From Hypanus sabinus (taxonomy: Eukaryota), in NCBI RefSeq assembly GCF_030144855.1, contig NC_082712.1, forward strand, positions 136,896,001-136,960,000: a stretch of DNA of 64,000 nt. The letters are read 5' to 3'. How positions within the stretch are numbered: the stretch's first letter is position 1; every line of letters starts with the position of its first letter. The notes below the pieces were generated by a model. The model did not search any database, had not been told where the DNA came from, and worked only from the letters and a program-made list of their open reading frames with translations. This document shows positions 38,701 to 52,266 of the stretch, piece after piece. A program made the translations under genes and the position numbers.

Positions 38701-40009
38701 TAAATCCACTGGAGCCTCTCTAGCAAACCTACCTGCATTTGTCCTCCTCCAGTTCAGATGTAAACCGTCCCGCCGGAACAGGTCCCAACTTTCCTGGAAA
38801 ACTGCCCAATTATCTACAAATTGGAAGCCCTCCCTCCTGCACCATGTCTTCAGCCACGTGTTGATCTGCACTATCTTACTATTTCTAAACCCACCTGCAC
38901 ATGGCACTGGTAGCAATCCTGAGACTGCTATCCTGGAGGTCCTGTCCTTTAACTTGGCACCTAGTTCCGTAAACTCACCTTTTAGGACCTCCTCACTCTT
39001 CCTACCTACGTCATCTGTCCCTAAATGGGCCATGACATCTGGCTGCTGACCCTCCCTCTTGAGAATACTGAGAACTCGATCTGAGATATCGTGGACCCTG
39101 GCACCAGACCATCCGGGATTCTCAATCTCTTCCACAGAACCTCTTATCTGTCCCCCTAACTATCGAATCCCCTATCACTACTGCTCTCCTCTTTTCCCTC
39201 CTTCCCTTCAGAGATGAGGGTCCAATCTGGGTGCCAGAGACGCAACCACTGCAACTTGTCCCTGGTAGGTCATCCCCACCAATAGTATCCAAAACGGTGT
39301 ACTTATTGTTGATTGGAACAGCCACAGGGGTGCTCTGCTCTTCCTGTCTATTTCACTTCCCTCTCCTAACAGTCACCCAACTACCTGTCTCCTGACTCCT
39401 AGGGGTGACTCTCTCCCTGAAACTCCTGCTTCTGCCTCCCAAATGATCCGAAGTTCATCCAGCTCCAGCTCCAGTTCCCTAACACGGTTGGTCAGGAACT
39501 GTAGCTGGATTCACCTTTTGCAAGTGTAGTCATCAGCGACAACAGTGCTTGCCCTGACTTCCTGCATGTTGCAAACGGAGCACTCAGCTGCCCTAACTGC
39601 TGCCTTCATTACCTACTCCTAAGCTAATTAGATTAATTAAAGGAGCTTACCAGGCCTTACCTCACCTGGAGTGAAACTCATACTCAGCCTGTGTTCGCTT
39701 TTTAAATTCCCCCTCTAATCTCAGAGGTCGACTTTCACGCGCTTGCGCAGTCATGCCACGTTCAACTTCACCTCTGCCTGTTCTCGCCAAAGCCTGATTG
39801 AGCCACAGCAAACCCACTCTGCCTCGGTCCACTCCAATGATGGCTGCTACGCCGATGGCCACTGTATATAGCAGTCTTTTTAAACCTTTGGTGCACTACG
39901 TCATGCTCCTGCACAGTCTAGCCTCTTTGCCGCGATCACTTAAAAAAAAACAGCTTCTCTTCATGCTTCTTTTACCTCTTCTCTCTCCGCCTCTTGCTGC
40001 GATTTAAAA
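35716..40009 (-). mobile_element. Near full-length CR1-type LINE inserted in L1 copy 2 (ORF1 zinc finger/coiled coil + SGNH esterase; ORF2 APE + RT; disabled)
   Basis: ECSVCNMQE...YTCKR, VIGDSIVRG, HLGTDDVG, DGLHLN; IAISETWL, VYMDFSKAFD, RMRGDLIE; short tandem tail ataaccatataatcatataac. Confidence 0.92.
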
Positions 40010-40288
40010 CATTTCTGCTGGGTCTGCTGCAATGTTGCCCCATCCACTCATGCTCAAGGGCTTAGTGATATTATGTCCTGTTTAGACCTTGAAAAGATTC
40101 ATTATTCACTTCTCATTTTGGACATAAAGTATCATAAGGTGTGGGAACTTTTTCTTCCTCTTTATATTGTTTATCCTTTTTTTTTGTACTATAATCCCTT
40201 ACATTCAGCTTTTTCCCTGTAAGTTTTATGTTTTTTATGTGAATTACATTATAGTTTTGGTAGTTGGCTTTATATTTTTTATATATTG

Positions 40289-40291
<3 letters not shown>

Positions 40292-40343
<52 letters not shown>
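40292..40343. repeat. (TA)26 microsatellite at the left junction of element B
   Basis: Pure TA run. Confidence 0.97.
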
Positions 40344-40345
<2 letters not shown>

Positions 40346-43211
40346 ATCCGAAGGATTATTCTAAACTGGACAGTTCCTTCAACAAGAGAGAGAGGGAGCA
40401 AATAGCTTGTGTGCCATTTCATAAACAGAGAGAGAGAAAGTTTGTGTGTTGCCTTGGAAACTGAAACGCAGAGCTATATGATGGACAGCTCCAGTTCAGC
40501 ACTTGTGAGGTATATACAAGGTCAGTTGGCTTTTTAATCAGACACATGACACACCAGAGTCAAGGAAGACACTGATGAGCTTAATGTGCCCACGACAAGG
40601 GTGGAGTTTTTGCTCACAGTGTGGACAAAGGAGTAACCGGTGGGGAGCTAACAGTGTGTTTAACCCTTGCCTGGCTTGATAGCATTACCTTGGAAAACCA
40701 GCATTCCTCTTCTTTTGGTCACAAGTCGTTGACTTTGATAAGTTTCAGGAGCAGGAGGACAACATGAAGGATTGGCGTCAGCAATGACACTAGGAAGAAA
40801 ACACTCTCTCTCTCCAACTCTATTCAAATCAAATTCCATAACTGAACTGATTACTTACTATACTACTGTAAGAGTGTATCACCTAGTCACCTGAGCTGGG
40901 AAGCTTGGGAACTTTATTTATTCACCTATATATATGCATATACTTTGCTGACCTGTTTACCTTATCTTGTTTTATGTTACTTTATCACGTAGTTACTAAT
41001 AAAGTAGAGTTTATAATGAAAGACAAAGACTCCAGGTGTGTCCATTTCTGCTGGTACTTTTTAACCCATTATGGGGTATGTAACAAAATTGGGGCCTGCG
41101 TCCGAGATATGATCAAATCAGTGGGAGCCATTCTAAAACTTGTTGGGAGATTGATTGAATAGTTGATTTGATTGGGAAAATTCCCTTTTGATTTGTATAA
41201 GTGGATTATCAGCAGAATTGGAGTTTGAGGTTAGTAAGCTTGTGGCAGAACTGAAGTATGAGTTGCAATTAAACAGCTGGAGGCTGAAGAAGCAGAAAGG
41301 CAGAGGCAGCTTGAGGCTAGAGAGGCAGAAAAACAGAGACAGTTCAAGAGGGAGATGTGGCAGCTGGGAGGTCCAGTGTCAGACGCTGATGATTTTTACA
41401 GCTTGAAAGAGCTGGTAGTGATTGAAGAATTTAAGAAGTGTGTTCGTGATGATGTAAAGGCATACTGAGATGAAAAGGATGCCACTACCTTGAGGGAGTC
41501 TGTTAGGTTAGCAGATGAGGTTGTTTTAACCCTCAAGGTTGAGTTTACTTCGGATGAGAGTTTCCCAGAGAGTGGTGGGAGGATCAGGGTAACCTGGAAT
41601 TTGAAACACTGTGTTGAAACTCAGTAAAAGTCCGAGGTGTCTGACTCAGTTGAAAAGGAATGCAGTCCTTTTGTGTCAGATGGACTTGGTTCAGTGAATA
41701 AAGGGTTAATCTTGGTTCCAGTGGAAATTGAGGATTCTCAGTCACTTGTGTTAGATAGTGCTCTAAAAGTTGGTGATAAGTTGAAAGCTGGTGAAGTAAA
41801 TGTAATTGAAAATATTGAGAAGGATGCTGTTTCTGGATTTTTGAATGAAGAACTTGTGAAGTTTGGACTGGTTTCACGACCTTTGACGCTGCTTTCAGGA
41901 CAATGGCCTGTTGAAGTATGTGATACTCTGTTGGGTTATGGAGTTGTTTTTCACGATGGTGATGTGGAGAAAAGGATTGTTTTGGTTTTGAGATGCCACC
42001 TGTTTGGGTTACTATGGAGATGAATCGAGCTAAAGGTCGTAGGAATAGGATAGATGGATTGTTTGGAAATGTTCATAATGTAAACATGGACTTTGTAAGC
42101 TTAGTGATGGTGCTGAGTTTGGTAAACATTAGGGATAGGTTGGCACCTATCCAGGGTGAAATTTATTCAGCAGTACAGCTAACAAGCAAGCTTGTGACTG
42201 ACGAGCCACACACAGATACTGATGTGTACCTCACGTGCGCAGTAGCCCAAAGCATGCTTAAAAAGGCTGCTGACGCTGATAGCAAAGACGGGGGTTTAAC
42301 TTAGGAGAATTTGTCAGAGACTTTGCTACCTTCCATGTTACATCAGGATTTGGATGAGAAAGGTTCATCCTTGTCCAGGGATGAATTTATAGTGGAAGTA
42401 AGTCGAGGTTCTGAAATTGCTGCATTAAAGGAGACAACTCTCACAGAAGAGGAGGTTCAGAGACAGTAGGATATTATCTTAAGGATGAGGTGTTAATGAG
42501 GAAGTGAAGATTACATACTGTGCCTGCAAGTGAGGATTGGGCCATTGAACATTAAGTTGTGGTCCCGAAAGTTTACAGGGCTGAGATTTTAAACATGGCT
42601 CATAGTATGCCTTTAGGTGGACACGTTGGAGTGAGAAAGACAGTAAACAGGATTATGAAGGAATTCTATTGGCCTGGACTTCCGGTAAGATGGCGATTGC
42701 TTAGCTGCTCCGAACTTTTGTTCCGTTATTTTCGCTATCTTTGCACTAAACGTCTCCATTTTTTAAACCTTAATTAGGAACTTTATTTGGTTTCTTTTAC
42801 TTGCCTGTGAACACATCTACCTTACAATGTCTAGCAAGAGTTCTAAAACCGGGAGAAAGGAAGTTCCAGTTCTGCCTTCTGAGACCCTCGCTGCGCTGGA
42901 ACAACACCGAGACTATATTTTAAAGGAATTTAGAACCGCTTTCAAACAGCTGGAAGCCAAACTGGATCGGATCAATGATAGAGTGGATGAACATGCTGAA
43001 CACTTATCTCGCATCGATTCGACTTCTGAAAATTTAGAAAGTCGTGTTCGATACTTGGAGACTCTCTGTTCCAGCCTAGAAGAAAAAAATAATAAACTCC
43101 TTTCCAAAATGGTCGATCTCAAAAATCAGAGCAGACGTTGTAACCTTCGAATTCTTGGGTTGCCAGAGGCCACCGAACAGGGATCAACCATGAAGTTTTT
43201 TGCCGAGTTTC

Positions 43212-43423
43212 TGTGGTGAACTATGTGCCTGTCGGGACACGCCCCTGCTGACTGCTCCTGTGGCTCCTCCCACAGGCCCCTGTATAAAGGAGACCTGCGG
43301 CCTGAAGATCGGCCTCAGTCTCCAGGACCTTGTATGATAGACACTCACTCCTGGTTCCTTCTTCCAGTCAATAAAAGCCGATATCTCGCCTACGTCTCAG
43401 TGTGAGTTATTGATGGTGCATCA
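43212..43423 (+). mobile_element. 212-bp solo LTR inside ORF1 of L1 copy 3
   Basis: TG...CA ends, 5-bp TSD gtttc/gtttc, TATA-like tgtataaagg, AATAAA at 43370. Confidence 0.88.
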
Positions 43424-44170
43424 GTTTCTCTGTGAGATATTCAGGAAAGATTTGCTTCCGAACCTGCCTGAGCTCGAACGGGCACACCGGGTCTACGTTC
43501 CCCCCGGAATTCTGGGCTCCCGCCCGCGACCAGTAATTCTGTGCTTCCATCAATACCAGGTAAAACGCTGTCTGATTATGGATGCACGTCGCAGAGGTAC
43601 TTTTACTTTCCAAAATACAATCATTCGCTTTGTGGAAGATTTTGCACCCCAGACCTTAAAGATGCGCGCTGAGTTTAAAGGCGTAATGAAAGTGCTTTTC
43701 GATCATGGTTTTAAACCCTCTCTTCGCACTCCTGCCGATTTACGAATCATGCTTAATACTGGAAAATATAAGTGGTTTAAGTCAGTGAAGGAGGCTGAGG
43801 CATTTGTTGCAAGTCTTCCGGCTATCCAGCCATCTTCGGAACCCAATCGAACCTCCTAAAATGGTGGATAAGTACTTCTCGTAGTAAAATTACTTTTCCC
43901 GGACTCAGACTTTACTTGAATCACTCAGACACTATTTATTGAAACTCTAAGGGCTGTTGACAATCTCTCCCTGGATTTGGTGTGTCTTTTTAAAATAGAC
44001 ATTCTGTGCTTAATGTTTCCCTATGGACGTTTAAATAGTACTTGTGTAATCTATTTTATTCTTGTATAACTTTATCTATAGAGTTCTACAATTGACTCTA
44101 ACTTGTTTTGGAGGTTTGAAGACTTTATTGAAGGCCTCCCTGTTTGTTGGTTCACAGTTTAACTGCTGAT

Positions 44171-44173
<3 letters not shown>

Positions 44174-44208
<35 letters not shown>

Positions 44209-44221
44209 TTATTTATTTATT
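44174..44221. repeat. (TATC)8 then (TATT)n microsatellite in the L1 inter-ORF spacer
   Basis: Direct reading. Confidence 0.92.
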
Positions 44222-47200
44222 CACCTTTTCTTTTAATCTTTGATTTTTTTCCCTCTCTGTAAATGGTTGATAAGTACTCTTCTTGAATCTATAATTTCCC
44301 CCTTCCTCCCTTTTTTCCCCCTTTCTCTTACTTTATTCTTCCATAATTTTTCACGGGTAGGTTAGTTTTGGTTTTCTTCCGATTTTCTCTGTATTAAGTT
44401 TTATATTTCTGCAGAAGGTGTTCCAATTTGTAGTTCTGTTTTCTAGTGCATAAACTAGTTAATATTTGCTATAGTATTTATACGGAACTGCTGTTAATGA
44501 CACAGATCTGGAAGTTATATTTGGGTTAATTTTTTTGGTAGAGCTAGCTGTTTTTTTTTGGTAGCTGTCTAGTTTTGAATTGTGTGGGTGGGGTAGGTTT
44601 TCCAGTTCCAACATCACTCACTGTATTTATTGTTTGTCTTTATTGCTCAGGACATGCTTATGTTTTGATTTCATGAATCTATGTTTACATTTCTGCTCCC
44701 AGACTGCTATTGTATTGCTTGACTTTTTATATGCCTGCTGCCTTTTATACATTAGTAATTGATAATGGCTAGTGCACTTAAATTCGTGAGCTGGAATGTA
44801 AAGGGATTGAATCACCCTGTTAAAAGGAGGAAGGTATTCTCACATATTAAACAACTCAAAGCTGACATTGCTTTCCTTCAAGAAACTCATATTAGTTGTT
44901 TTGATAACTCCTGGCTTCTCAGCATTTTCATTCATCCTTTGCTGCTAAAGCTAGGGGAGTCTCCATTCTTATTAATTCAAATATTCCTTTTGAACTCCAT
45001 AATAAAATATCTGATACAAATGGCCATTTTATTATTGTTTCTGGTAAACTATACAACACTAAAGTTGTACTAGCAAACCTGTATGCCCCCAACTTTGATG
45101 ATGTTAATTTTTTTGAACGTTTTTTTCCCTCACTACCAGACTTAAACTCATACTCTCTTATACTGGATGGTGACTTCAACTGTTGGTTAGATCCTAATCT
45201 GGATCAATCATCCTCTGTAACCAGATCACCTACTAAATCTGCCTTAGCTATCTAATTGTTTCTCTCTAATTTTGGTATCTCTGATATATGGCGTTTCCTT
45301 CATCCTACTGAGAGAGATTTTTTTTTTAACACATGTTCACCATACCTTCACTAGAATTGACTATTTCTTACTCGATAACCAACTTATTCCATTGGCCTAC
45401 TCTTGTGACTATCAGAGTATACTGATTTCTGACCATGCCCCAATTACTCTCTCGCTGAACTTTCCTGGTCTCCCTCAGAGGAATAAACACTGGCAGTTTG
45501 ATTCAACTTTATTATCGAATGATGATTTTTAAAAATTTATTAAGGATCAGATAACCTTTTAATTTAACATTAATACATCACCTGAAGTGTCATCCCAGAT
45601 TGTCTGGAATGCCATGAAATCATATCTGAGGGGTCAAATAATCTCTTACACAGCAAATCTCAACAGAAGGTCCTGTGCAGATCGATTAGACCTCATTAAC
45701 CAGATTAAAGAATTGGATCAACTATATGCTCAAACTAAGAACCCTGAACTATACAAGAAGCGTGTTGAACTCCAAACTAAATTTAATCTTCTGTCTACTC
45801 AACCTGTCGAACGCCAACTTCTCAAAAGCAAGAGTCGCTTTTACATTCATGGGGATAAGTCTGGTAAATTTCTAGCCAGTCAGCTGAGGCGTTCCAAAGC
45901 CAAACAACATATTACAAAGATCCAGAAGGAGAACGGAGACTTTACATTGGATCATTTAGAAATTAATGATGCATTTAAAAATTTTTATTCTCGGCTTTAT
46001 TCCTCTGAATCTTCGAATGACAATATCTCTGCTGATCAATTTTTAAAGAATCTGAATATTCCTTCACTTTCATCTGATTCTAAAGCCAAACTTAATACGC
46101 CTATATCATCAGAAGAAATATCTTTTGCAATTTCTGCACTGTCCTCAGGGAAATCTCCTGGACCTGATGGGTTCCCTGTAGAATTTTATAAATCATTCTC
46201 TTCACTTCTTTCTCCTCAGTTACTTTCAGTATTATCTGATTCGTTTAATTATGGCAAATTGCCACCCTCTTTCAATGAGGCATCTATTATTCTTCTATTA
46301 AAAAAGGGCAAAGACCCAACAGAGTGTTCCTCATATAGGCCGATTTCTTTGCTCAATGTTGATGTAAAGATCTTAGCTAAAGTTTTGGCTCATAGATTAG
46401 AAACCATTATTCCCTCCATTATCTCTGATGACCAATCAGGTTTTATTAAAAACTGTCTCCCTTTTTATAACATTCAGCATTTATTTAATATCTTATACTC
46501 ACCTCCAACTGGGATTCCTGAATGTGTTATTTCCCTCGATGCGGAGAAAGCATTTGATCGTATAGAGTGGAACTACCTTTTTGCAGTCTTAGAAAAATTT
46601 GACCTCGATCAAAATTTCATCTCTTGGATCAAATTGCTGTACCTGTGTCCTACTGCTTCTGTTTTAACTAATTTTCAGAAATCCCAGGTATTTAATCTCA
46701 AACGTGGCACCCATCAGGGATGCCCCTTGTCCCTTTCTCTTTGATTTGGCTATAGAACCTTTGGCGATAGCATTTCAAAATTGTCCTGAATTGACCGGGA
46801 TTTGGAGAGGGGGTGTTGAGCATAAAGTTTCTCTTTACACTGATGACTTATTACTCTTTCTCTCAAATCCGTATACATCCTTACCTCCAATGTTTTCACT
46901 TCTTGACCAGTTTAGCCAGATCTCTGGCTATAAACTTAATTTACATATGAGTGAACTTTTCCCAATTATTAAAGAAGCACAAGAATTAACATTTCATGAT
47001 CTCTCTTTTAAAGTAGTCCATAATCAATTTACTTATCTTGGAATTACAGTCACAAGGAAGTTTAAAGATCTCTTTCGTGAAAACTTTGCCAATCTTTCAT
47101 ATACTATAAAACAGAGTCTGGTACAATGGTCACCTCTATCTATGTCTTTGGTAGGTCGTATTAATGTTGTTAAAATGTATGTTCTCCCCAAATTTTTATA

Positions 47201-49879
47201 CTTATTTCAATCTATCCCAATTTTTATTCCTAAATCTTTTTTTGATTCCTTAGACTCTATTATTTTGTCATATCTGTGGAAAAATAAGCACTCTAGAATT
47301 AATAAAATCCATCTCCAAAAATCTAAAAAAGAGGGTGGCATGGCTTTACCTAACTTTCGTTTATATTATTGGGCAGCTAATATACGTTGTGCTACCTTTT
47401 GGTCTTTCTTCCATGGCCAACCCGAATGCCCTAATTGGGTGACAATGGAGTTGAGCTCCGCTAAAGAATTATCTATCTCTGCACTTCTTGGCTCTGCACT
47501 CCCTGGCAGTCTGCCCAGATCAATAGCTAATCCTCTTGTTAGACACACTTTGCGTATATGGGCTCAGATCAGGAAATGCTATGGTTTCCAGGGGTTTTCC
47601 GTTTCCAGCCCAATTGCTCATAATCACCTTTTTTTACCTACTACATACGATTCAGCATTCCAGGTTTGGTATAGGAAGGGCATTAGACATTTTGAAGATC
47701 TTTTCATTGATAATTGCTTCGCTTCTTTTCAGCAGCTCTCTGTTAAGTTCAATCTGCCCAATGCTCATTTTTTCAGATATCTCCAAATCCGACACTTTAT
47801 TGCTCCTTTAATTCCTAACTTTCCTGAAATGCCTGCGAAAAATGCTATGGATCTATTTCTTTCCATGAATCCACTAGGTAAAGGCTTAATATCAATCATC
47901 TGAGATAAACTAGCAGCCTTAAGACGGGCCCCCATGGATAAAATCAAAATGGCCTGGGAGCAGGATTTAAATATCTCCTTATCTGAGGAGAGCTGGGATT
48001 CAGTTCTCAAATTGGTTAACTCAACCTCTCTTTGTGCTCGCCACTGCCTTTTACAGTTTAAGATTGTTCATAGAGCCCATTTGTCTAAATCTAAACTATC
48101 TCGATTCTACCCTAGCGATAGTCCGCTTTGTGATAAATGCAAGAGGGGCGTGGCCTCTCTCATCCATATATACTGGTTCTGTCCTAGCTTGGAGAAATTC
48201 TGGAAAGATGTCTTCACTACGTTATTGTGTATTCTGAATCAGCTCCTAGAACCAAACCCCTTAATTGCTTTGTTCAGTTTCTAGGGCGAAACAGATTTAC
48301 GTCTGAGTCCGACCAAATGCCGAATATTATCCTTTGCCTCTCTCCTGGCTAGACGCTTGATCCTCCTTAAATGGAGAGATGTTGCCCCGCCCACTCATGC
48401 TCAATGGCTTAACGAAATTATGGCCTGCTTGGACCTCGAAAAAATTTATTATTCAGTTCTTAATTCGGACCTAAATTTCCATAAGGTCTGGGGACCTTTT
48501 ATCGAGTACTTTCATAACCTTCCTCTTGACTAGGGTTTTTTTCCTTTTCGGTCCCTTGCTTTCAGCTCCTTTTTTTTCTGGTAGTAGGCATTACTATCCT
48601 CTGTTGCTAAGTGTATTCACAGTCTGGGAGTTTGATTGTCTTGATTTATATTCTCTATATTGTGTTGTGGTTGGTCTGGAGTTTTTTTTGTGTTGTGGGG
48701 CTTGGGGAGGACAATAAGTTTACTTGTCTTCAATTTAGGTGCTTTTTTTTAAAAATTCTCTTTCTCTGTATCATATTGTCATTGTATGCTTAATTTTGCA
48801 CTGTATTAATGTTCCTCACTGTGATTTGGGGTTTTTTAATCTGTAAAATGTATTTAAAAAATTAATTTAAAAAAAGGAATTCTATTGGCCTAATTTAAGA
48901 AATGATGTTGTGAATCTTTGCAAGACTTGCCATACCTGTCAGGTTGCGGGAAAACCTAATCAGGTGATCCCAGTAGCACCACTGAGACCAATACCTGCTT
49001 CTGATGAACCTTTTTCTAGGGTCATAGTGGATTGTGTTGGTCCATTGCCAAAGACTGCAGCTGGCTATGAGTATTTGTTAACCGTTATGTGTGCTGTGTT
49101 TAGATTCCCTGAAGCAGTGCCTCTCAGAAATATCAGGGCCAAGTCTGTGGTAAAAGACCTTATAAAATTTTTCACAATGATAGGTCTACCTAAATAAATC
49201 CAATCTGACCAGGGTAGTAACTTTACTTCAGAAACATTCGAGGGGACAGTTAAAGAGCTGACAGCTAAGCACATTGTGTCATCTGCCTGTCACCCAGAGT
49301 CCCTGGGGTTCAGCACATTTGAACTTTTTTTTGTCACAAATCTAGCGGACCTTTGACCCTACTCAGAGAGCAATGGTCAGATCAGAATGTAAGTATAAGC
49401 ATGCTTAGTTATGTTTTGGAATTCAGAGACAGACTTAACAAGGTATGTAACCTTGCAAAGCAGAATTTACAACACTCTCAGATAAACGTGAAAAAATGGT
49501 ATGACAGGAGAGTGAGGGAACGGAGATATCGTGTTGAAGAAAGGGTCTTCAACTGAGATTTAGTGGACCATTTGAAATAATTAAGAAAATTGATTCTTTG
49601 AATTGTGTTATTAGAACTCCTGACCAACGGAAGGCTACACAGCTCGGCCAGGTAAATATGATCAAGCGTTATCATGACCTTGAACCAGCATCTGTAAGTT
49701 CTGTTATGACAACGGAGGAGATTGTGATGTCTGGTACTGGGATACCAGATCATTTTAATGAGCTCCATGTAGTTTCCACAAAACTTGGTAATTCTGATGT
49801 TTTGAAAAATATTGGCGGAAAATTAATCATTTGCAGTCAAAGCAGCTAAAACAACTGAAGAGCTTAATTAACAAATATA

Positions 49880-51130
49880 AAGATTTATTCCTTGACAGTC
49901 CAAGACAGTGCATGACGTAATTGTAGATAAAGTTGTTCCCATTAAGCAGCACCCTTACAGAATGAATGAAGACAAAAATAAAATGGCTGAACAAGAAACT
50001 GAATCCATGCTAACAGCCGGCAGAATTAGGCTATCCACTTCAAGCTGGGCGTCACCTTGTGTGATTGTCTCTAAATCGGATGGGAGTATGAGATTCTGTA
50101 CTGATTACAGGAAAGTTAATGCAGTAACTAAGACAAATGCCTATCCCACTCCAAGAGTGGATGACTGTACTGACGGAGTGGGGAAGGCTAAATACCTTAC
50201 AAAGATTGACCTGTTGAAAAGTTACTGGTGTGTTCCTTTGACAGAAAGGGTTAAAGAAATATCTGCATTTGTGACACCATCTGGATTGTATGAGTACGAT
50301 GTTTTACCCTTTGGGATGAAAAGTGTTCCAGGGACATTCCAAAGGATGATGAATTCAGTGATTCAAGGTTTAGAAAATACAGGGACATGTATTGATGATT
50401 TGGTTGTATGGAATGACACCTGGGAGGAGCATATCTCAGCAGTATAGAAACTGTTTGAAAGGCTATCCAAGGCAAATCTCACTGTAAACCTCGCTAAAAG
50501 TGAATTTGGCCACGCCATTGTCATGTATTTGGGCTATGTAGTAGGCCAGGGCCAACTAGCACCTGTGCAGGCCAAGGTTTAGGCTGTTTCTGAGGTTCCA
50601 GTTCCGATGGGCAAGAAAGCGTTACAAAGGATTCTGGGAATGGTTGGGTATTACCATAAGTTTTGTAAGAACTTCACAGACATCGCTCTCCCCCTAACAA
50701 AACTCCTAGGGAAGAGTGAAAGATTTGTGTGGACTGAGCTTTGCCAGGAGGCATTTGACCGCCTGAAAACCATTCGGTGTTGTCGCCCTGTGCTCAAAGC
50801 ACCTGATTTCAATAAACCATTTTCCATCACGGTAGATGCCGGTGATTAAGCTGCTGGGGCAGTATTGTTGCAAAAGAATGATGATGAAATTGAACATCCA
50901 GTAGCTTATTTTTCAAAGAAATTTAATGTGCATCAGAATTACTCCACTGTTGAAAATGAGTTGCTAGCACTCATTTTAGCATTGCAACATTTCGATGTCT
51001 ACGTATGTCCTGCGCAGAAACCACTTGTAGTTTACACAGACCATAATGCATTAGTGTTTCTGAGTAAAATGAAGGATAAGAATAGAATGTTACTTAACTG
51101 GAGTCTGACCTTGCAAGAAAACACGTGAAA
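49880..51130 (+). pseudogene. RT and RNase H of element B (disrupted)
   Basis: PIKQHPYR, WASPCVIV, RFCTDYRKVN, CIDDLVVW, FSITVDAG, YSTVENELLAL, VYTDHNAL, NWSLTLQE. Confidence 0.9.
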
Positions 51131-52266
51131 AGTACTGACAATATTATAGCATACTGTTTGTAATACTTAGCTATTTTTACCTGATAATTACACATGTATT
51201 GCTTTAAGCTGTATAATCAATAGTTAAGACAAAAATTTTGCTGTTTCATCAAAATTATTCTTAAAAGGAGTGAGGTGTGATGAGATCTGAAGGATTATTC
51301 TAAAGTGGACTGTTCCTTTAACAAGAGAGAGTGAGGGAGAGAACAGCTTGTGTGCTATTTCAGAAACAGAGAGAGAGAAAGTCTGTGTGTTGTCTTGGAA
51401 ATTGAAAGGTGGAGCTATATGATGGACAGCTCGTGTTAAGCACTTGTGAGATATATACAAGGTCAGTTGACTTTTTAATCAGACACACGACATGCCAGAG
51501 ACAAGGAAGACTCTGGTGAGCTTTGTGTGCCCATGATAAGGCTGGGGATTTTGCTCACAGTGTGGACAAAGGAGTGATCGCCGGGGAGCTAAAGGTGTGT
51601 TTAACCCTCACCTGGGTTGATAGTATTACCGTGGAAAACCAACATTCCTCTTCTTGTGGTCACAAGTCAGTGACTTTGATAAGTTTCGGGAGCAGGAAGA
51701 CAACTTGGAGGATCGGCATCAGCATCGGCACTGGGAAGACAAAACAACACCCTCTCTCTCTCCAACTCTACTCAAATCAAATTCCAGAACTGAACTGATT
51801 ACTTACTATACCACCATAAGACTGTATCACCTAATCACCTGAGCTGGGAAGCTTGGGGACTTTATTTACTCACCTATATATATGCATATACTTTGCTGAC
51901 CTGTTTACCTTGTTCTATATTACTTTATCATGTAGTTACTAATAAAATAGACTTTTTAACAGAAAACTCAGACTCCAGGAGAGTCCATGTCTGCTGGTTC
52001 TTTTTAACACGTTACAGGGTACGTAACGTATACTTACAGCTCTGTGGGGTTGAACGTTCCAAATAATTTCTCTTTTACACATTGAAATGGTTGGCCTGGA
52101 GTTTTGTGGGTGGGGAGGACACTAACTTTATATGATTTTATTTTGGGTGCTTTTTCCTTATTGTTATGAATTATATATTAGACACGTTTGTTTTGCACTG
52201 GTAAATCTCCATTTTGTTGATTTTTTTTGTAGTACTATTGTAGAAACTCATAAAAAATTAATTAAA

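Larger units (their letters stand above)
42676..48873 (+). mobile_element. L1-type LINE copy 3, full length (~6.2 kb), ORFs disrupted
   Basis: 5' ggacttccggtaagatggcg, ORF1 42827-43859, ORF2 from 44762, A-rich tail, TSD aaggaattctattggcct (42658-42675 / 48874-48891). Confidence 0.95.
42480..49560 (+). pseudogene. Integrase of element B, split by L1 copy 3 (42480-42675 + 48892-49560)
   Basis: AHSMPLGGHVGVRKT..EFYWP | NLRNDVVNLCKTCHTCQ...VIVDCVGPLPKT. Confidence 0.88.
40337..52028 (+). mobile_element. Element B: degenerate Gmr1-like Gypsy element, order gag-PR-IN-RT-RH (LTRs ~40337-41085 and 51276-52028)
   Basis: Two homologous LTRs, PBS-like attggggcctgcgtccgagat, PPT aaaaggagtgagg, integrase before RT and RNase H. 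Confidence 0.9.
24813..52266 (+). mobile_element. L1-type LINE copy 2, full-length scaffold carrying four nested insertions
   Basis: 5' end ggtcttctggtcagatgtcg, ORF1 from 25678, ORF2 from ~27012, resumes at 35320, ~40032 and 52029, ends in A-rich tail; TSD aaaagggacttgag (24796-24809) / aaaagggactagag (52267-52280). Confidence 0.8.

Noticed and set aside
35700-40035. TSD for the CR1 insertion
   Set aside because: No convincing duplication; about 20 nt of unexplained filler at the 5' junction
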